From: Syntrophaceae bacterium UBA5744
GTDB taxonomy: Bacteria > Desulfobacterota > Syntrophia > Syntrophales > UBA2192
Assembly: GCA_002419215.1 (NCBI GenBank)
Contig: DIFQ01000001.1
Coordinates: 53,143 to 117,142, forward strand
DNA length: 64,000 nucleotides
Direction: 5' to 3'
Positions 38,886 through 48,620 of the stretch are shown one piece after another; the stretch's first letter is position 1; each line of letters begins with the position of its first letter. The notes below the pieces were generated by a model. That model saw nothing but the letters and a program-made list of their open reading frames with translations. It was not told the origin of the DNA and searched no databases. Position numbers and translations under genes: made by a program.

Positions 38886-39449
38886 ATGAAACCCATCGGA
38901 CCTTTGATGTGGGAGCATCGGCTGATCGAGCAGATGGTGGCTCTGCTGCGCGGGGAAATCGACCGCATCACGAGCAAAAATACGGTCAATGTGATCCTTG
39001 TCGAGCAGGCCGTCGATTTCTTCCGGACCTACGCCGACCGGACCCACCACGGCAAGGAAGAGGAGATCCTGTTCCGCGACCTGGCGCAGAAAACAATGTC
39101 TCCGGAACACAGGAACATCATGGATGAGCTGGTGAGGGAGCACACTCACGGCAGGGAGCTGGTGCGCAAGCTCGTCGAGGCGAAGGATCTCTATGTGAAC
39201 GGCTATGCCGAAACCCTGCCGCACATTGCGAGGGAGCTCAAGGCGCTTGTCGATTTCTACCCGGGACACATCGAGAAGGAAGACAAGCGGTTCTTCTTCC
39301 CCTGTCTCGGTTATTTCACGCGGGCCGAGCAGGATCGCATGCTCGAGGAGTTCCACTCCTTCGACCGGAACATGATCCACGAGAAGTACCGCACGGTGGT
39401 GGAGAATTTCCTCGGGAAAAAAGTGTTGAGGCCGGCCCAATCCGCCTGA
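38886..39449 (+). CDS. hemerythrin-like cation-binding domain protein
   Basis: MWEHRLIE...HHGKEEEILF...H..E pattern of hemerythrin HHE domains. GGGAGG ribosome-binding site. Confidence 0.6.
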   Translation: MKPIGPLMWEHRLIEQMVALLRGEIDRITSKNTVNVILVEQAVDFFRTYADRTHHGKEEEILFRDLAQKTMSPEHRNIMDELVREHTHGRELVRKLVEAKDLYVNGYAETLPHIARELKALVDFYPGHIEKEDKRFFFPCLGYFTRAEQDRMLEEFHSFDRNMIHEKYRTVVENFLGKKVLRPAQSA

Positions 39450-39496
39450 GGTCCGTCGTTTGCACCACCATGAAAAACAGTCAGCGACAGGCTATC

Positions 39497-39605
39497 GGAA
39501 TGCGCTGACGAAGTTCGGAAGTGATGAAGAGCGGAAGATCGGAAACTGATTCTTCCATCCCTATGGATCCGCTCTTCCTAACTTCTGCTCTTCCGCTCTT
39601 CCCGA
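39497..39605. repeat. GGAAG-octamer palindromic element B3
   Basis: GAAGTTCG GAAGTGAT GAAGAGCG GAAGATCG GAAACTGA ... GGATCCGCTCTTCCTAACTTCTGCTCTTCCGCTCTTCCCGAACC. Sits between convergent genes. Confidence 0.85.
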
Positions 39606-39663
39606 ACCGGATGCGGGAAGGCAAACGCCGGGCCGTGCGAAGGTTGAGTCCGTTGATGTCCGC

Positions 39664-40425
39664 CTAGGATCGCCGCTTTCCGACGGAGGCCAGGTAGATC
39701 GTGAACTCGTCCTTCCCGTCCACTTTCAGAATATGGTCCATGGCCTGCTGGTCGTAGGCGGCGACGGCGCAGGTTCCCGCGCCGATGGCCTCGCAGGCCA
39801 GGTAGAGGTTCTGGCAGACGTGCCCGGCATCCAGCGCGATCACCTTGGCCGCCGCCAGGCTGTAGCGCCACTCCATGCGGTAGGGGATGGCCGTCCATAC
39901 AAACGTCACCGCCGCTTCCGCCGGGTAGGGCTGGCCGAAAATGGCCGCGACGATTTTCTCCGATGCTTTCTCGTCGGCGCGCACGAGCAGAAGCTGGTGC
40001 TCGACGGGCAGGTACCGGTAGATCCCCGCCAGAATCCCTTTCACATGATTGACGCACAGATAGGTTTCCAGTGCGTGACGGCACCCGGCCGACGGCACCG
40101 TCCTCAAGGCGTGCCCCTCGTCCATGCGCGTCCGGATCCCCTGGGTGGCCCAGAGAAGGAAGCTCAGCTCATCCAGGGTCATGGCTTCCCGGGTATAGAC
40201 TCGTCGGCTCTTTCGATTCCGGATGGCCTTCGTAAGGTCGATTGCCGGGATATCCTGCCACTTGCCGAATTTGGCCAGGTCGATCCGGACCGCGTCCGGC
40301 GGGAAAGGCTTTTCGATCGGGGGCGGGGCAACACCCCGGTTCTGATCGGTTTCCGAAAAATCGATCCTCTTGCGGATACTGTCCTTGAGGAAGAACCGAA
40401 ACTGCTCGATGTGCTTTTTTTCCAT
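39664..40425 (-). CDS. SagB/ThcOx-family dehydrogenase (nitroreductase superfamily)
   Basis: RKSRRVYT...LSFLLWATQG...PSAG...LDAGHVCQNLYL pattern. Confidence 0.7.
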   Translation of the reverse strand: MEKKHIEQFRFFLKDSIRKRIDFSETDQNRGVAPPPIEKPFPPDAVRIDLAKFGKWQDIPAIDLTKAIRNRKSRRVYTREAMTLDELSFLLWATQGIRTRMDEGHALRTVPSAGCRHALETYLCVNHVKGILAGIYRYLPVEHQLLLVRADEKASEKIVAAIFGQPYPAEAAVTFVWTAIPYRMEWRYSLAAAKVIALDAGHVCQNLYLACEAIGAGTCAVAAYDQQAMDHILKVDGKDEFTIYLASVGKRRS

Positions 40426-40457
40426 GTCAAACGCCTCCGCAGGTCGCAGGAAACACC

Positions 40458-41642
40458 CTATTTCCGGAACGCCCGGATGACCTCGCCAAAGCCTTTCATG
40501 GAGTTGACGATGGTGGCATCATCGACGCAGTAGGCGATCCGGAAGTAGCCGGGTGAGCCGAAGCCGCTTCCGGGCACCGTGAGGATGTTTCTTTTCTGCA
40601 GGGCCCGGACGAATTCCACGTCGTCGGCAACGGGCGACTTCGGGAACAGGTAGAAGGCCCCTTCGGGTTTCGTGAACTCGTAGCCGCAGGCGGCAAGACC
40701 GTTGCAGAGAAGATCCCGTTTGCGCTGGTATTCGCCGATGTTGACCGCGGCATCCAGGACCTTCGGCAGGACGCGCTGCATGAAGGCCGGCGCGTTGACG
40801 AACCCGAGCATGCGGTTGCACATGATGAGCCCGCCCAGCAGGATCTCCAGGCCTTCCGTCTCGGGGTTCACGGCGATGTAGCCCAGCCTCTCGCCCGGGA
40901 TGGAGAGGGTTTTCGAGTAGGAGCTGGCGATGAGGCTGTGACGATAAGCCTTCAGCAGGCTCGGGACCTCCACGCCGTCGTAGACGATCTTGTCGTAAGG
41001 CTCGTCGGAGATGAGGTAGAGGGCGCGACCCAGCTTCTTTCCCTTGTCTTCCAGAAGGGACGCCAGGGCCCGTATGGACGTTTCGTCGTAGACTCGGCCC
41101 GTGGGGTTGTTCGGCGAGTTGATGAGGATCACCTTCGTCTTCTCCGTGATGGCCTCCGCGATGGCCCAGAGGTCGAGGGAGAAGTCCTCCTTCGTCTTCA
41201 CCAGCTTCAGGACGCCGTTGTGGTTGTCCACATAGGCACGGTACTCGACGAAGTAGGGGGCGGGCACGATGACTTCATCGCCCGGGTCGAGGAGGGTCTT
41301 CAGGATCACATTGAGGGCCCCCGCGGCCCCGCAGGTCATGATGACGTGCTCCGCGGCGATCTTCACGCCGTGGTCCCGGCCAAGCTTTGACGCCAGGACG
41401 GCACGGGTCTCGGGAAAGCCCGCGTTGGGCATGTATGCGTGCACACCGGGCCTCTCGTCTTTTGCGACCGCGATCAAGGCCTTGAGCAGTTCCCTCGGCG
41501 GCGGAACATTCGGGTTCCCGAGGCTGAAATCGAAGACGTTTTCAGCGCCGAACTGCTGCTTGAGCCGGATACCGTCCTCGAACATCTTCCGGATCCATGA
41601 GGACTGCGTGATCATCCCTTCGATCTTCTTTGAAACCGCCAT
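40458..41642 (-). CDS. PLP-dependent aminotransferase (class I, aspartate/aromatic type)
   Basis: 394 aa. SYSKTLSIPGERLGY contains the PLP lysine motif. Confidence 0.85.
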   Translation of the reverse strand: MAVSKKIEGMITQSSWIRKMFEDGIRLKQQFGAENVFDFSLGNPNVPPPRELLKALIAVAKDERPGVHAYMPNAGFPETRAVLASKLGRDHGVKIAAEHVIMTCGAAGALNVILKTLLDPGDEVIVPAPYFVEYRAYVDNHNGVLKLVKTKEDFSLDLWAIAEAITEKTKVILINSPNNPTGRVYDETSIRALASLLEDKGKKLGRALYLISDEPYDKIVYDGVEVPSLLKAYRHSLIASSYSKTLSIPGERLGYIAVNPETEGLEILLGGLIMCNRMLGFVNAPAFMQRVLPKVLDAAVNIGEYQRKRDLLCNGLAACGYEFTKPEGAFYLFPKSPVADDVEFVRALQKRNILTVPGSGFGSPGYFRIAYCVDDATIVNSMKGFGEVIRAFRK

Positions 41643-41656
41643 GGTATCCTCCTTTC

Positions 41657-41739
41657 AAAAAAAGGCAGAAGGCTTATGACTAAAGGCAAAGGGCTTTTTT
41701 CGCTTCATTTGCCTTTCGCCTTACGCCTTAAGCCTAATG
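41657..41739. repeat. AAGGC/GCCTT heptad palindromic element C2
   Basis: Left arm AAAGGCAGAAGGC..TAAAGGCAAAGGGC. Right arm GCCTTTC GCCTTAC GCCTTAA GCCTAAT. The arms are complementary with small bulges. Confidence 0.7.
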
Positions 41740-41795
41740 CGTGTTTGACTAACACATCCGGCTCGCAGCCGTCAACAAGAGAGTCCCGAAACTGC

Positions 41796-41824
41796 TTGAC
41801 TTTTCGCACCCCTTCTTCTAATAT
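41796..41824 (+). promoter_or_regulatory. sigma-70-type promoter for the MBL hydrolase and adk
   Basis: TTGACT-N17-TAATAT, 31 nt upstream of the ATG. Confidence 0.6.
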
Positions 41825-41854
41825 GCCGACCGGTTCGGAGGGGGCACAGGGGCC

Positions 41855-42748
41855 ATGATCATCGAAAAAGCCGGGAGGATCACCGAGGGTCTCCACGCGC
41901 TGGCGGACATCGATCTGCCGGCCTGGCTCGTCGAGGCCGAAACGCCGGCCCTCTTCGATGCCGGCATCACCTTCATGGGGCCCTCATACCTCGAGGACAT
42001 CCGGCAAATTCTCGGCGACGTGAACCGCCTACGCTGGGTCTTCATCACCCACGCACACTTCGATCACAGCGGGACGGCCCCTTACCTCAAGCGGCGCATC
42101 CCCGGACTCAAGGTGGCCGCAAGCCGGCTCGCCTCCGAGATCTTCAAGAAACCCAATGCCGTCAACCTCATCCAGAGTCTCAGCCGCGATTACGAAGAGC
42201 AGCACAAAGCACTGTTCGGCAGCGAAGATATCCGGTTCGACAGCCTGGAGGTGGACCGGATCCTCGAGGACGGCGAGACCGTCGATCTCGGCGGCGGCTG
42301 GACGTTCAGGGTGATCGCCACGCCGGGCCACACCCGGGACGGCGTTTCGTTCTACTTCCCGGGCCTCAAGGCCCTCATCTGCGGCGAGGCAGCCGGCGTG
42401 CCCGACCGGAATTTCAGAATTCATCCGGAGTTCCTCGCCAGCTACAGGGATTATGTGTCTTCCCTGGAAAAGCTTGCCGCCCTGGACGTGGAGATCATCA
42501 TGCTCAGCCACCACTACGTCCTCACCGGCGCGGACGCGCGCAGCTACCTGGAGAAATCCCTGGAGAGCACCTTCGCGTTTTCGGACAGGATCCGGCGCTA
42601 CCTCGCCGAGGCCGACGGCAACCGGGAGAGCGTCGTGAAGCGGATCCTCAAGGAGGACTACCAGGACACGGGCGCCATCCAGCAGGCCGAAAGGCCCTAT
42701 CTGATCAACCTCTCCGCCAAGGTGAAGGCCGTGGCGGAGAACAAATAA
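41855..42748 (+). CDS. MBL-fold metallo-hydrolase
   Basis: THAHFDHSG metal-binding motif and ATPGHT. Confidence 0.75.
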   Translation: MIIEKAGRITEGLHALADIDLPAWLVEAETPALFDAGITFMGPSYLEDIRQILGDVNRLRWVFITHAHFDHSGTAPYLKRRIPGLKVAASRLASEIFKKPNAVNLIQSLSRDYEEQHKALFGSEDIRFDSLEVDRILEDGETVDLGGGWTFRVIATPGHTRDGVSFYFPGLKALICGEAAGVPDRNFRIHPEFLASYRDYVSSLEKLAALDVEIIMLSHHYVLTGADARSYLEKSLESTFAFSDRIRRYLAEADGNRESVVKRILKEDYQDTGAIQQAERPYLINLSAKVKAVAENK

Positions 42749-42789
42749 GGGAGAGAGCGAAAGACCTACACGAAAGGAGTCAGAGGCAT

Positions 42790-43464
42790 ATGAACATCTT
42801 GATATTCGGACCCAATGGCAGCGGCAAGGGGACCCAGGGCGCCATCGTCCAGAAAAAATACGGCGTCCCCCACATCGAGACAGGGGTGATCTTCCGCGAG
42901 AACATCTCCAAGGGAACGGAACTCGGGAAGAAGGCAAAAGTCTTTATCGACAAGGGCGACCTGGTTCCCGATGACATCACGATCCCCATGATCCTGGACC
43001 GCCTGCAGGAGCCCGACTGCGCCAAGGGCTGGCTCCTCGACGGCTTCCCCCGCAACCTCGCCCAGGCCGAGGCCATGTGGAAGGCCCTCCAGGAGCGCAA
43101 CATGAAGCTCGACTTCGTCGTCGAGATCCTGCTCGCCCGCGAGATCGCCAAGAAACGCATCATGGGCCGGAGGCTCTGCCCCGCCGACAACAACCACCCG
43201 AACAACATCTTCATCGACGCCATCAAGCCCGCCGAGAAGGGCGGAAAGATGGTCTGCCGCGTATGCGGCGCCGACAACCTCAAGGCCCGCGCCGACGACC
43301 AGGACGAGGGTGCCATCGACAAGCGCCACGGCATCTACTACGACACCAGGACGGGCTCACTTGCCGCCGTGAACTTCTTCAAGCAGCGGGTGAAGGTAAT
43401 CGAAGTGGACGGAACCCCCGGCGTGAAGGAGGTCTCCGAAGACCTCATGAAAAAACTGGGTTGA
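42790..43464 (+). CDS. adk: adenylate kinase (long-lid variant)
   Basis: P-loop GPNGSGKGTQ. The extended lid contains CPAD...CRVCG. Confidence 0.9.
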   Translation: MNILIFGPNGSGKGTQGAIVQKKYGVPHIETGVIFRENISKGTELGKKAKVFIDKGDLVPDDITIPMILDRLQEPDCAKGWLLDGFPRNLAQAEAMWKALQERNMKLDFVVEILLAREIAKKRIMGRRLCPADNNHPNNIFIDAIKPAEKGGKMVCRVCGADNLKARADDQDEGAIDKRHGIYYDTRTGSLAAVNFFKQRVKVIEVDGTPGVKEVSEDLMKKLG

Positions 43465-43495
43465 TTTTTTAATCATTTCAATGTATAAGCATAAA

Positions 43496-43534
43496 CCTCC
43501 CGTCGGGATGGCTCCCGGCGGGAGGATTTTTTTA
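43496..43534 (+). terminator. rho-independent terminator after adk
   Basis: CCTCCCGTCGGG-ATGGCT-CCCGGCGGGAGG (one mismatch) followed by ATTTTTTTA. Confidence 0.8.
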
Positions 43535-43560
43535 TCCAGATTGATAACTAGATTAACGCT

Positions 43561-45357
43561 ATGAAAAACATCCGCAACTTCAGCATCATCGCCCACATCG
43601 ACCACGGCAAGTCGACCCTTGCCGATCGGCTCATCCAGCACACGGGCATGGTCGAGGATCGCAATTTCCGGGACCAGATCCTGGACAACATGGACATCGA
43701 GCGAGAGCGGGGGATCACCATCAAGAGCCAGGCCATCACCCTTCCCTACCGCGCAAAGAACGGACAGGACTACATTCTCAACCTCATCGACACGCCGGGA
43801 CACGTGGACTTCACTTATGAGGTCTCCCGTTCGCTTGCATCCTGCGAGGGGGTCCTCCTTCTCATCGACGCCTCCCAGGGCGTGCAGGCCCAGACGATCG
43901 CCAACCTGTACCTGGCCATGGAGAACAACCTGGCGATCATCCCCGTCGTCAACAAGATCGACCTTCTGACGGCGGATGTGGACCGGGTCCTTGAACAGAT
44001 CGACGCCGAACTGGGGCTCGACCCCTTCAGCCACATCAAGTGCTCGGCCAAGCAGGGGATCGGCATCGAGGATGTTCTAGAAGCCATCGTGGAACGGATC
44101 CCTCCCCCGAAGGGCGACGCCGCAAAGGCCCTGTCCGCCCTCATCTTCGATGCCAAATACGACTCCTTCCGGGGAACCGTCATCCACTGCCGGGTCTTCG
44201 ACGGAGAGGTCAAGCCGGGCGACATCATCCGCTTCATGTCCAGCGGCAGCACCTACAAGGTGGAGGAAGTGGGTTGTTTCGGCATCGCTCGATTGCGGAA
44301 GGACACCCTTGCGGCGGGAGATGTGGGCTACATCATCGCCGGTGTCAAGACCGTCGCCGATGTGCACATCGGCGACACGATCACCCACGACAATCGGCCT
44401 GCGGACCAGGCGCTCCCCGGGTTCAAGGAGATCAAGCCCGTCGTCTTCTCGTCGATCTACCCCATCTCCTCGGAGGACTACGAGGACCTCGCGGTCTCGC
44501 TGGAGAAGTACAAGCTCAACGACGCCGCCCTCGTGTACCAGAAGGACTCCTCCGTCGCCCTCGGGCTGGGTTTCCGCTGCGGTTTCCTGGGGCTGCTGCA
44601 CCTGGAGATCGTCCAGGAGCGCCTTGAAAGGGAGTTCGACCAGTCCATTATCCTCTCCGTGCCCAGCGTTCGCTACCGCTTCACCCTGAAGGACGGCAGC
44701 GTCGTCCAGGTGGACAACCCGTCCAACTACCCGGACCCCTCTTCGATCGAGAAGGCCGAGGAGCCCTTCATCCGGGCCACCATGATCATGCCCGAGAAAT
44801 ACCTCGGCGCCGTCATGAAGCTCTGCACGGAGAAGCGCGGCGCCAACTCGACGATGAACTACCTGAGCCCCGGCCGCGTGGAGCTCATCTACGAGATGCC
44901 GCTTGCCGAGGTCCTCTTCGATTTCTACGACCGATTCAAGACGGTGACCCAGGGCTACGGCTCCTTCGACTACGACATCATCGACTACCGGGAGGGCAAA
45001 CTCGTGCTGCTGGACATCCTCGTCAACGGCGAGAAGGTGGATGCCCTCTCCCAGATCGTCCACCGCGACAACGCCCGCCAGCGTGGCGTTCACGCCTGCG
45101 ACAAGCTCAAGGACGAGATCCCGCGCCAGCAGTTCAAGATCGCCATCCAGGGTGCGATCGGGGGCGAGATCATCTCCCGTTCCACGATCAGCCCCTTCCG
45201 CAAGGACGTGACGGCCAAGTGCTACGGTGGCGACATCACGCGCAAGCGAAAGCTTTTGGAGAAGCAGAAAAAGGGCAAGAAGCGGATGAAGATGGTGGGC
45301 ACCGTGAGCATCCCCCAGAGTGCCTTCCTGGCCGTCCTGCAGTCGGACAATGACTGA
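43561..45357 (+). CDS. lepA: translation elongation factor 4
   Basis: NFSIIAHIDHGKSTL, 598 aa, LepA-specific C-terminal domain. Confidence 0.95.
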   Translation: MKNIRNFSIIAHIDHGKSTLADRLIQHTGMVEDRNFRDQILDNMDIERERGITIKSQAITLPYRAKNGQDYILNLIDTPGHVDFTYEVSRSLASCEGVLLLIDASQGVQAQTIANLYLAMENNLAIIPVVNKIDLLTADVDRVLEQIDAELGLDPFSHIKCSAKQGIGIEDVLEAIVERIPPPKGDAAKALSALIFDAKYDSFRGTVIHCRVFDGEVKPGDIIRFMSSGSTYKVEEVGCFGIARLRKDTLAAGDVGYIIAGVKTVADVHIGDTITHDNRPADQALPGFKEIKPVVFSSIYPISSEDYEDLAVSLEKYKLNDAALVYQKDSSVALGLGFRCGFLGLLHLEIVQERLEREFDQSIILSVPSVRYRFTLKDGSVVQVDNPSNYPDPSSIEKAEEPFIRATMIMPEKYLGAVMKLCTEKRGANSTMNYLSPGRVELIYEMPLAEVLFDFYDRFKTVTQGYGSFDYDIIDYREGKLVLLDILVNGEKVDALSQIVHRDNARQRGVHACDKLKDEIPRQQFKIAIQGAIGGEIISRSTISPFRKDVTAKCYGGDITRKRKLLEKQKKGKKRMKMVGTVSIPQSAFLAVLQSDND

Positions 45358-45446
45358 AAGGAAGGAAGTCAGGAAGATCGGAAGCGCAGAAGATCAGACG
45401 AATAAATACTCCATCCACTCCGCTCTTCCGATGTTCCGCTCTTCCC
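45358..45446. repeat. GGAAG-octamer palindromic element B4
   Basis: GGAAGTCA GGAAGATC GGAAGCGC AGAAGATC ... CTCCGCTCTTCCGATGTTCCGCTCTTCCC. Sits between lepA and hemW. Confidence 0.85.
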
Positions 45447-45473
45447 ATGCAGAGCGCCGAGATCGAGTGAAAC

Positions 45474-46622
45474 ATGAATAGCATCAAGACAATGGAAAAT
45501 AGCGCTCCAGCGGGGTTGTACATCTACGTCCCGTTCTGCCGGTCGAAGTGCGCCTATTGCGATTTCTACTCGATCACGGACGGCTCGCAGGCGGCAGGCT
45601 ATCTCCATGCACTCTCCCGGGAAATGGAGCATTACCGTGAATTCGCCCCCCTCTTTGACACGGTTTATGTGGGAGGCGGAACGCCCTCGTGCCTCGACAC
45701 AGGGCAGTTGGAGGAACTCCTCCACCGGGTCCGCGAGGCCTTCCCGATCGCCCCGAACTCCGAGATCACCGTGGAGGTCAACCCGGGGGACGTCGACACG
45801 GTTTTCATGAGAGGGCTGCGCGACGCCGGGGTCAACCGGGTCAGCGTCGGCGTGCAGTCTTTCGACGACAGCATCCTGAAATCCCTTGGAAGGCGTCACA
45901 ACGGGCGCGAAGGCCGGGAGGCCGTCGAGGCTGCAAGGGCCGCCGGTTTTGCCAACGTCGGGGTCGACCTCATATACGGTGTCCCCGGCCAGTCACACGA
46001 TCTGTGGCAGGAAACCATGGAAACCGCCCTCGTGTTCAACCCCGAGCACCTGTCCTGCTACGAGCTGACCCTCGAGGAAGGCACACCGTTCCACCGCCGG
46101 ATGGAACGGGGCGAGTTCAGCCTGCCCGGGGAAGAGGAGGCATACCGGTTCTTCTCCATGACCTCTGCTTTTCTCGAACAGAGGGGGTACACCCATTACG
46201 AGGTTTCCAATTTTGCCCGGGAGCGCGCCCTCATCTCCAGGCACAACCACAAGTACTGGGACCACACCCCCTGCCTGGGACTCGGCCCTGCAGCCCATTC
46301 TTTTAACGGGACCCGGCGCTGGTGGAACCACCGCAGCCTCGAAGGATACGGGCGGGATGTCGCGAGCGGCCTCGCCCCCGTGGCAGGGGCGGAGGACCTG
46401 ACACCGGAGGAGCTCCGCCTGGAGGCCCTCTATTTCGGTTTCAGGACCAAACGGGGCATCCATGGTCCCGAGTTCAGGGAGCGATACGGCATCGATCTGT
46501 TCCGGGAGAAAGGCCCTGCCCTGCGTTGCCTTCGGGATGAAGGGCTCGTCACCCTGGACGACGAATTTATGGCACCGACCCGGAGGGGGCTGGCCCTGGC
46601 GGACCGCCTGTGCCTGCTGTAA
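45474..46622 (+). CDS. hemW: radical SAM heme chaperone HemW (HemN-like)
   Basis: YIYVPFCRSKCAYCDF radical SAM cluster motif. The start could instead be the ATG at 45492. Confidence 0.85.
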   Translation: MNSIKTMENSAPAGLYIYVPFCRSKCAYCDFYSITDGSQAAGYLHALSREMEHYREFAPLFDTVYVGGGTPSCLDTGQLEELLHRVREAFPIAPNSEITVEVNPGDVDTVFMRGLRDAGVNRVSVGVQSFDDSILKSLGRRHNGREGREAVEAARAAGFANVGVDLIYGVPGQSHDLWQETMETALVFNPEHLSCYELTLEEGTPFHRRMERGEFSLPGEEEAYRFFSMTSAFLEQRGYTHYEVSNFARERALISRHNHKYWDHTPCLGLGPAAHSFNGTRRWWNHRSLEGYGRDVASGLAPVAGAEDLTPEELRLEALYFGFRTKRGIHGPEFRERYGIDLFREKGPALRCLRDEGLVTLDDEFMAPTRRGLALADRLCLL

Positions 46623-46711
46623 TTTTTTCAAGGAATTGCTTGATTCCTGTCGAAGAATGTGAGAATAAATAACGCTTCTGAATCGGCATGATAACTCTCA
46701 TGAGGTGAAGT

Positions 46712-46801
46712 ATGGGCAGTGTCGTCAAGAAACGAAGGAAGAAGATCAGCAAGCACAAGTACCGCAAGCGCCTGAAGGCCAATCGCCACAAGAAGCGCTA
46801 A
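46712..46801 (+). CDS. 29-aa highly basic small protein (AURKAIP1/COX24-domain-like family)
   Basis: Own translation: MGSVVKKRRKKISKHKYRKRLKANRHKKR*. A GAGGTGAAG ribosome-binding site lies 4 nt upstream. Too short for the ORF track. Resembles the MGSV(I/V)KKRRK..KHK.RK family of small bacterial proteins. Confidence 0.7.
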   Translation: MGSVVKKRRKKISKHKYRKRLKANRHKKR

Positions 46802-46997
46802 CGCCTTCAGGGGAATCCCCTCGGGGTGATCCGTGGGGAGTCCCCCTTAACCGCATCCCGCCTGAAGAAGGCCCGGGCAATGGACATGCAGCGGTCGTGG
46901 ACAATCCGCCGGCGCAGTTCCCGGCCCCGCAGACCATGATCCGGCCACATCGGGATCATCGCGCGGGCGCTCGCCCGGTCGAAGCTGCCGAGCCGGA

Positions 46998-48518
46998 TTG
47001 ATCGGGATTGGGTCCATGGTTTTCACGCCCCGCGACAAACTGATCCTGTCCGCCATCGTCGCCCTCTTTGCCTTTCGGCTTCTCACGATCCACGCGATTC
47101 AACTCTCCCCCGACGAAGCGTATTACTGGAACTGGGGCCAGCACCCCTCGCTTGCCTACTCCGACCACCCGCCCATGGTGGCCTGGGTGATGGCATTCTT
47201 CACGGCGCTGGGCGGCAACTCGGAGTTGTTCGTCCGCCTGGGCGGCTTTCTTCTCTCGGCTGCGGCTCTTTTCTTTCTCTTTGCCGCCGCGCGGACCCTT
47301 TTTCCCGACCGCAGGGACCTTTCCTGGGACATTCTTCTCGCATTCAACGTGACGTTGCTCTTTCCCGCAGGATGCATCATCCAGACGCCGGACACGCCCA
47401 TGCTCTTCTTCTGGGCGGCCGCCGCCTGGTGCGGAAGCCGGATCGTGTCGGGCGGGCCCGGTTGGTGGTGGTACATCTGGGGCGCGGCCCTGGGCCTGGG
47501 TCTTCTCAGCAAGTACACCATGATCCTTCTGGTTCCGTGCACCTTCGGGTTTCTTCTCTTCTGCCCTCCGCTGCGACACTGGCTTGCCCGGAAAGAACCC
47601 TGGCTCGGTCTTCTGATCGCATTCGCCCTCTTCTCGCCCGTCCTCTACTGGAACTCCCAGCACGAGTGGCTCTCTTTCACGTATCAACTCCGTCAGGGAT
47701 TCTCGCCGAAGCAGAAGGCCGTACCCCTGAAACTCCTGGAATATCTCGGCGGACAGGCCGGTGTCATCACCCCGATTCTCTTTGTCGCTTTCACCGGTTA
47801 CAGTGTGAAGGCGTTGCGCATCATCCGGCGGGAATCGAACCCTTCCTATCTCTACCTGCTTTTCCTGTCATGGCCTGTTTTGATATTCTTCGGCTTCTCC
47901 ACGGCCATGGGGAAGGTGGCCGAGGCAAACTGGCCCGCCCCGGCCTACATCGCCGGATTCATCCTCGCAGGCGCCGTTTACCATGACGTTTATGCGGCCA
48001 GGCCTGCTCACCGGCGCTTCATCGCCGCAGGTCTCGTCGTCGGTCTCCTCTTGAGTCTCGTCGTCCAGGTGCACCTGCTGAAGCCCTTTCTTCCCATCCC
48101 CCCCGCGTCCGACCAGACTCGGCAGTTCCACGGCTGGCGGCAGCTCGGCGGGCAGGTTTCCGGCATCGTCGATCAGCGGCCGACCGATCGAGGCTACTTC
48201 CTGGTGTCGGACAAGGGAACCACGGCGGCCGAATCCGTTTTCTACAGCGGGGCACGGCTGACGGGCGTCGACCTCTTCCAGCCCGAGCGATACGTCTTCC
48301 TGGGGGAGCTGTCCGGCCTGAGGGGAAAGGATGCCGTCCTGGTGCTTCATGGCGCAAGCGAGGCAGGCCTGAAGCGATATGAGGGGGTTTTCGACTCGAT
48401 CGAACCTGCCGGCTCCCACGACTGCCTTTTCCGGGGCGTCAAGATAGACGGCCTCAGCGTGCATCTCTTCATCGGGAGGGGTTTCCGGGGAAGCTGGACC
48501 GCCGCGGGCGGCAAGTAG
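46998..48518 (+). CDS. glycosyltransferase family 39 (ArnT/PMT-like) membrane protein
   Basis: PDEAYYWNWG...SDHPPMVAW motif near the N-terminus. About 11 TM segments and a C-terminal soluble domain. Confidence 0.75.
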   Translation: MIGIGSMVFTPRDKLILSAIVALFAFRLLTIHAIQLSPDEAYYWNWGQHPSLAYSDHPPMVAWVMAFFTALGGNSELFVRLGGFLLSAAALFFLFAAARTLFPDRRDLSWDILLAFNVTLLFPAGCIIQTPDTPMLFFWAAAAWCGSRIVSGGPGWWWYIWGAALGLGLLSKYTMILLVPCTFGFLLFCPPLRHWLARKEPWLGLLIAFALFSPVLYWNSQHEWLSFTYQLRQGFSPKQKAVPLKLLEYLGGQAGVITPILFVAFTGYSVKALRIIRRESNPSYLYLLFLSWPVLIFFGFSTAMGKVAEANWPAPAYIAGFILAGAVYHDVYAARPAHRRFIAAGLVVGLLLSLVVQVHLLKPFLPIPPASDQTRQFHGWRQLGGQVSGIVDQRPTDRGYFLVSDKGTTAAESVFYSGARLTGVDLFQPERYVFLGELSGLRGKDAVLVLHGASEAGLKRYEGVFDSIEPAGSHDCLFRGVKIDGLSVHLFIGRGFRGSWTAAGGK

Positions 48519-48620
48519 CCGCCCTGCGGCAGTGACCAGTGTCCAGTGAAAACAAGGAAATCGACAGCTTTCTTCACAAGCCACAAACCACTAGCCACTT
48601 CTTTCACTGCCGCGAAGCGG
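48519..48620. repeat. intergenic long hairpin built from GTG/CAC heptads, flush with two convergent stop codons
   Basis: Outer stem GCGGCAGTGA (48526-48535) pairs with TCACTGCCGC (48604-48613), plus 4 more outer bp. The interior holds CCAGTGT CCAGTGA and AGCCACA AACCACT AGCCACT heptads, about 9 of 12 complementary. Confidence 0.75.

Noticed and set aside
39664-40425. SagB/ThcOx dehydrogenase as a marker of a thiazole/oxazole RiPP cluster
   Set aside because: There is no YcaO cyclodehydratase, no precursor peptide ORF and no transporter nearby. The flanking spacer is a GGAAG repeat element. Stand-alone SagB-like nitroreductases are common.
47826-47845. tRNA T-arm-like string GGAATCGAACCC
   Set aside because: It lies inside the GT39 coding frame (IIRRESNPSYL). 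No acceptor or anticodon stems can be drawn around it.
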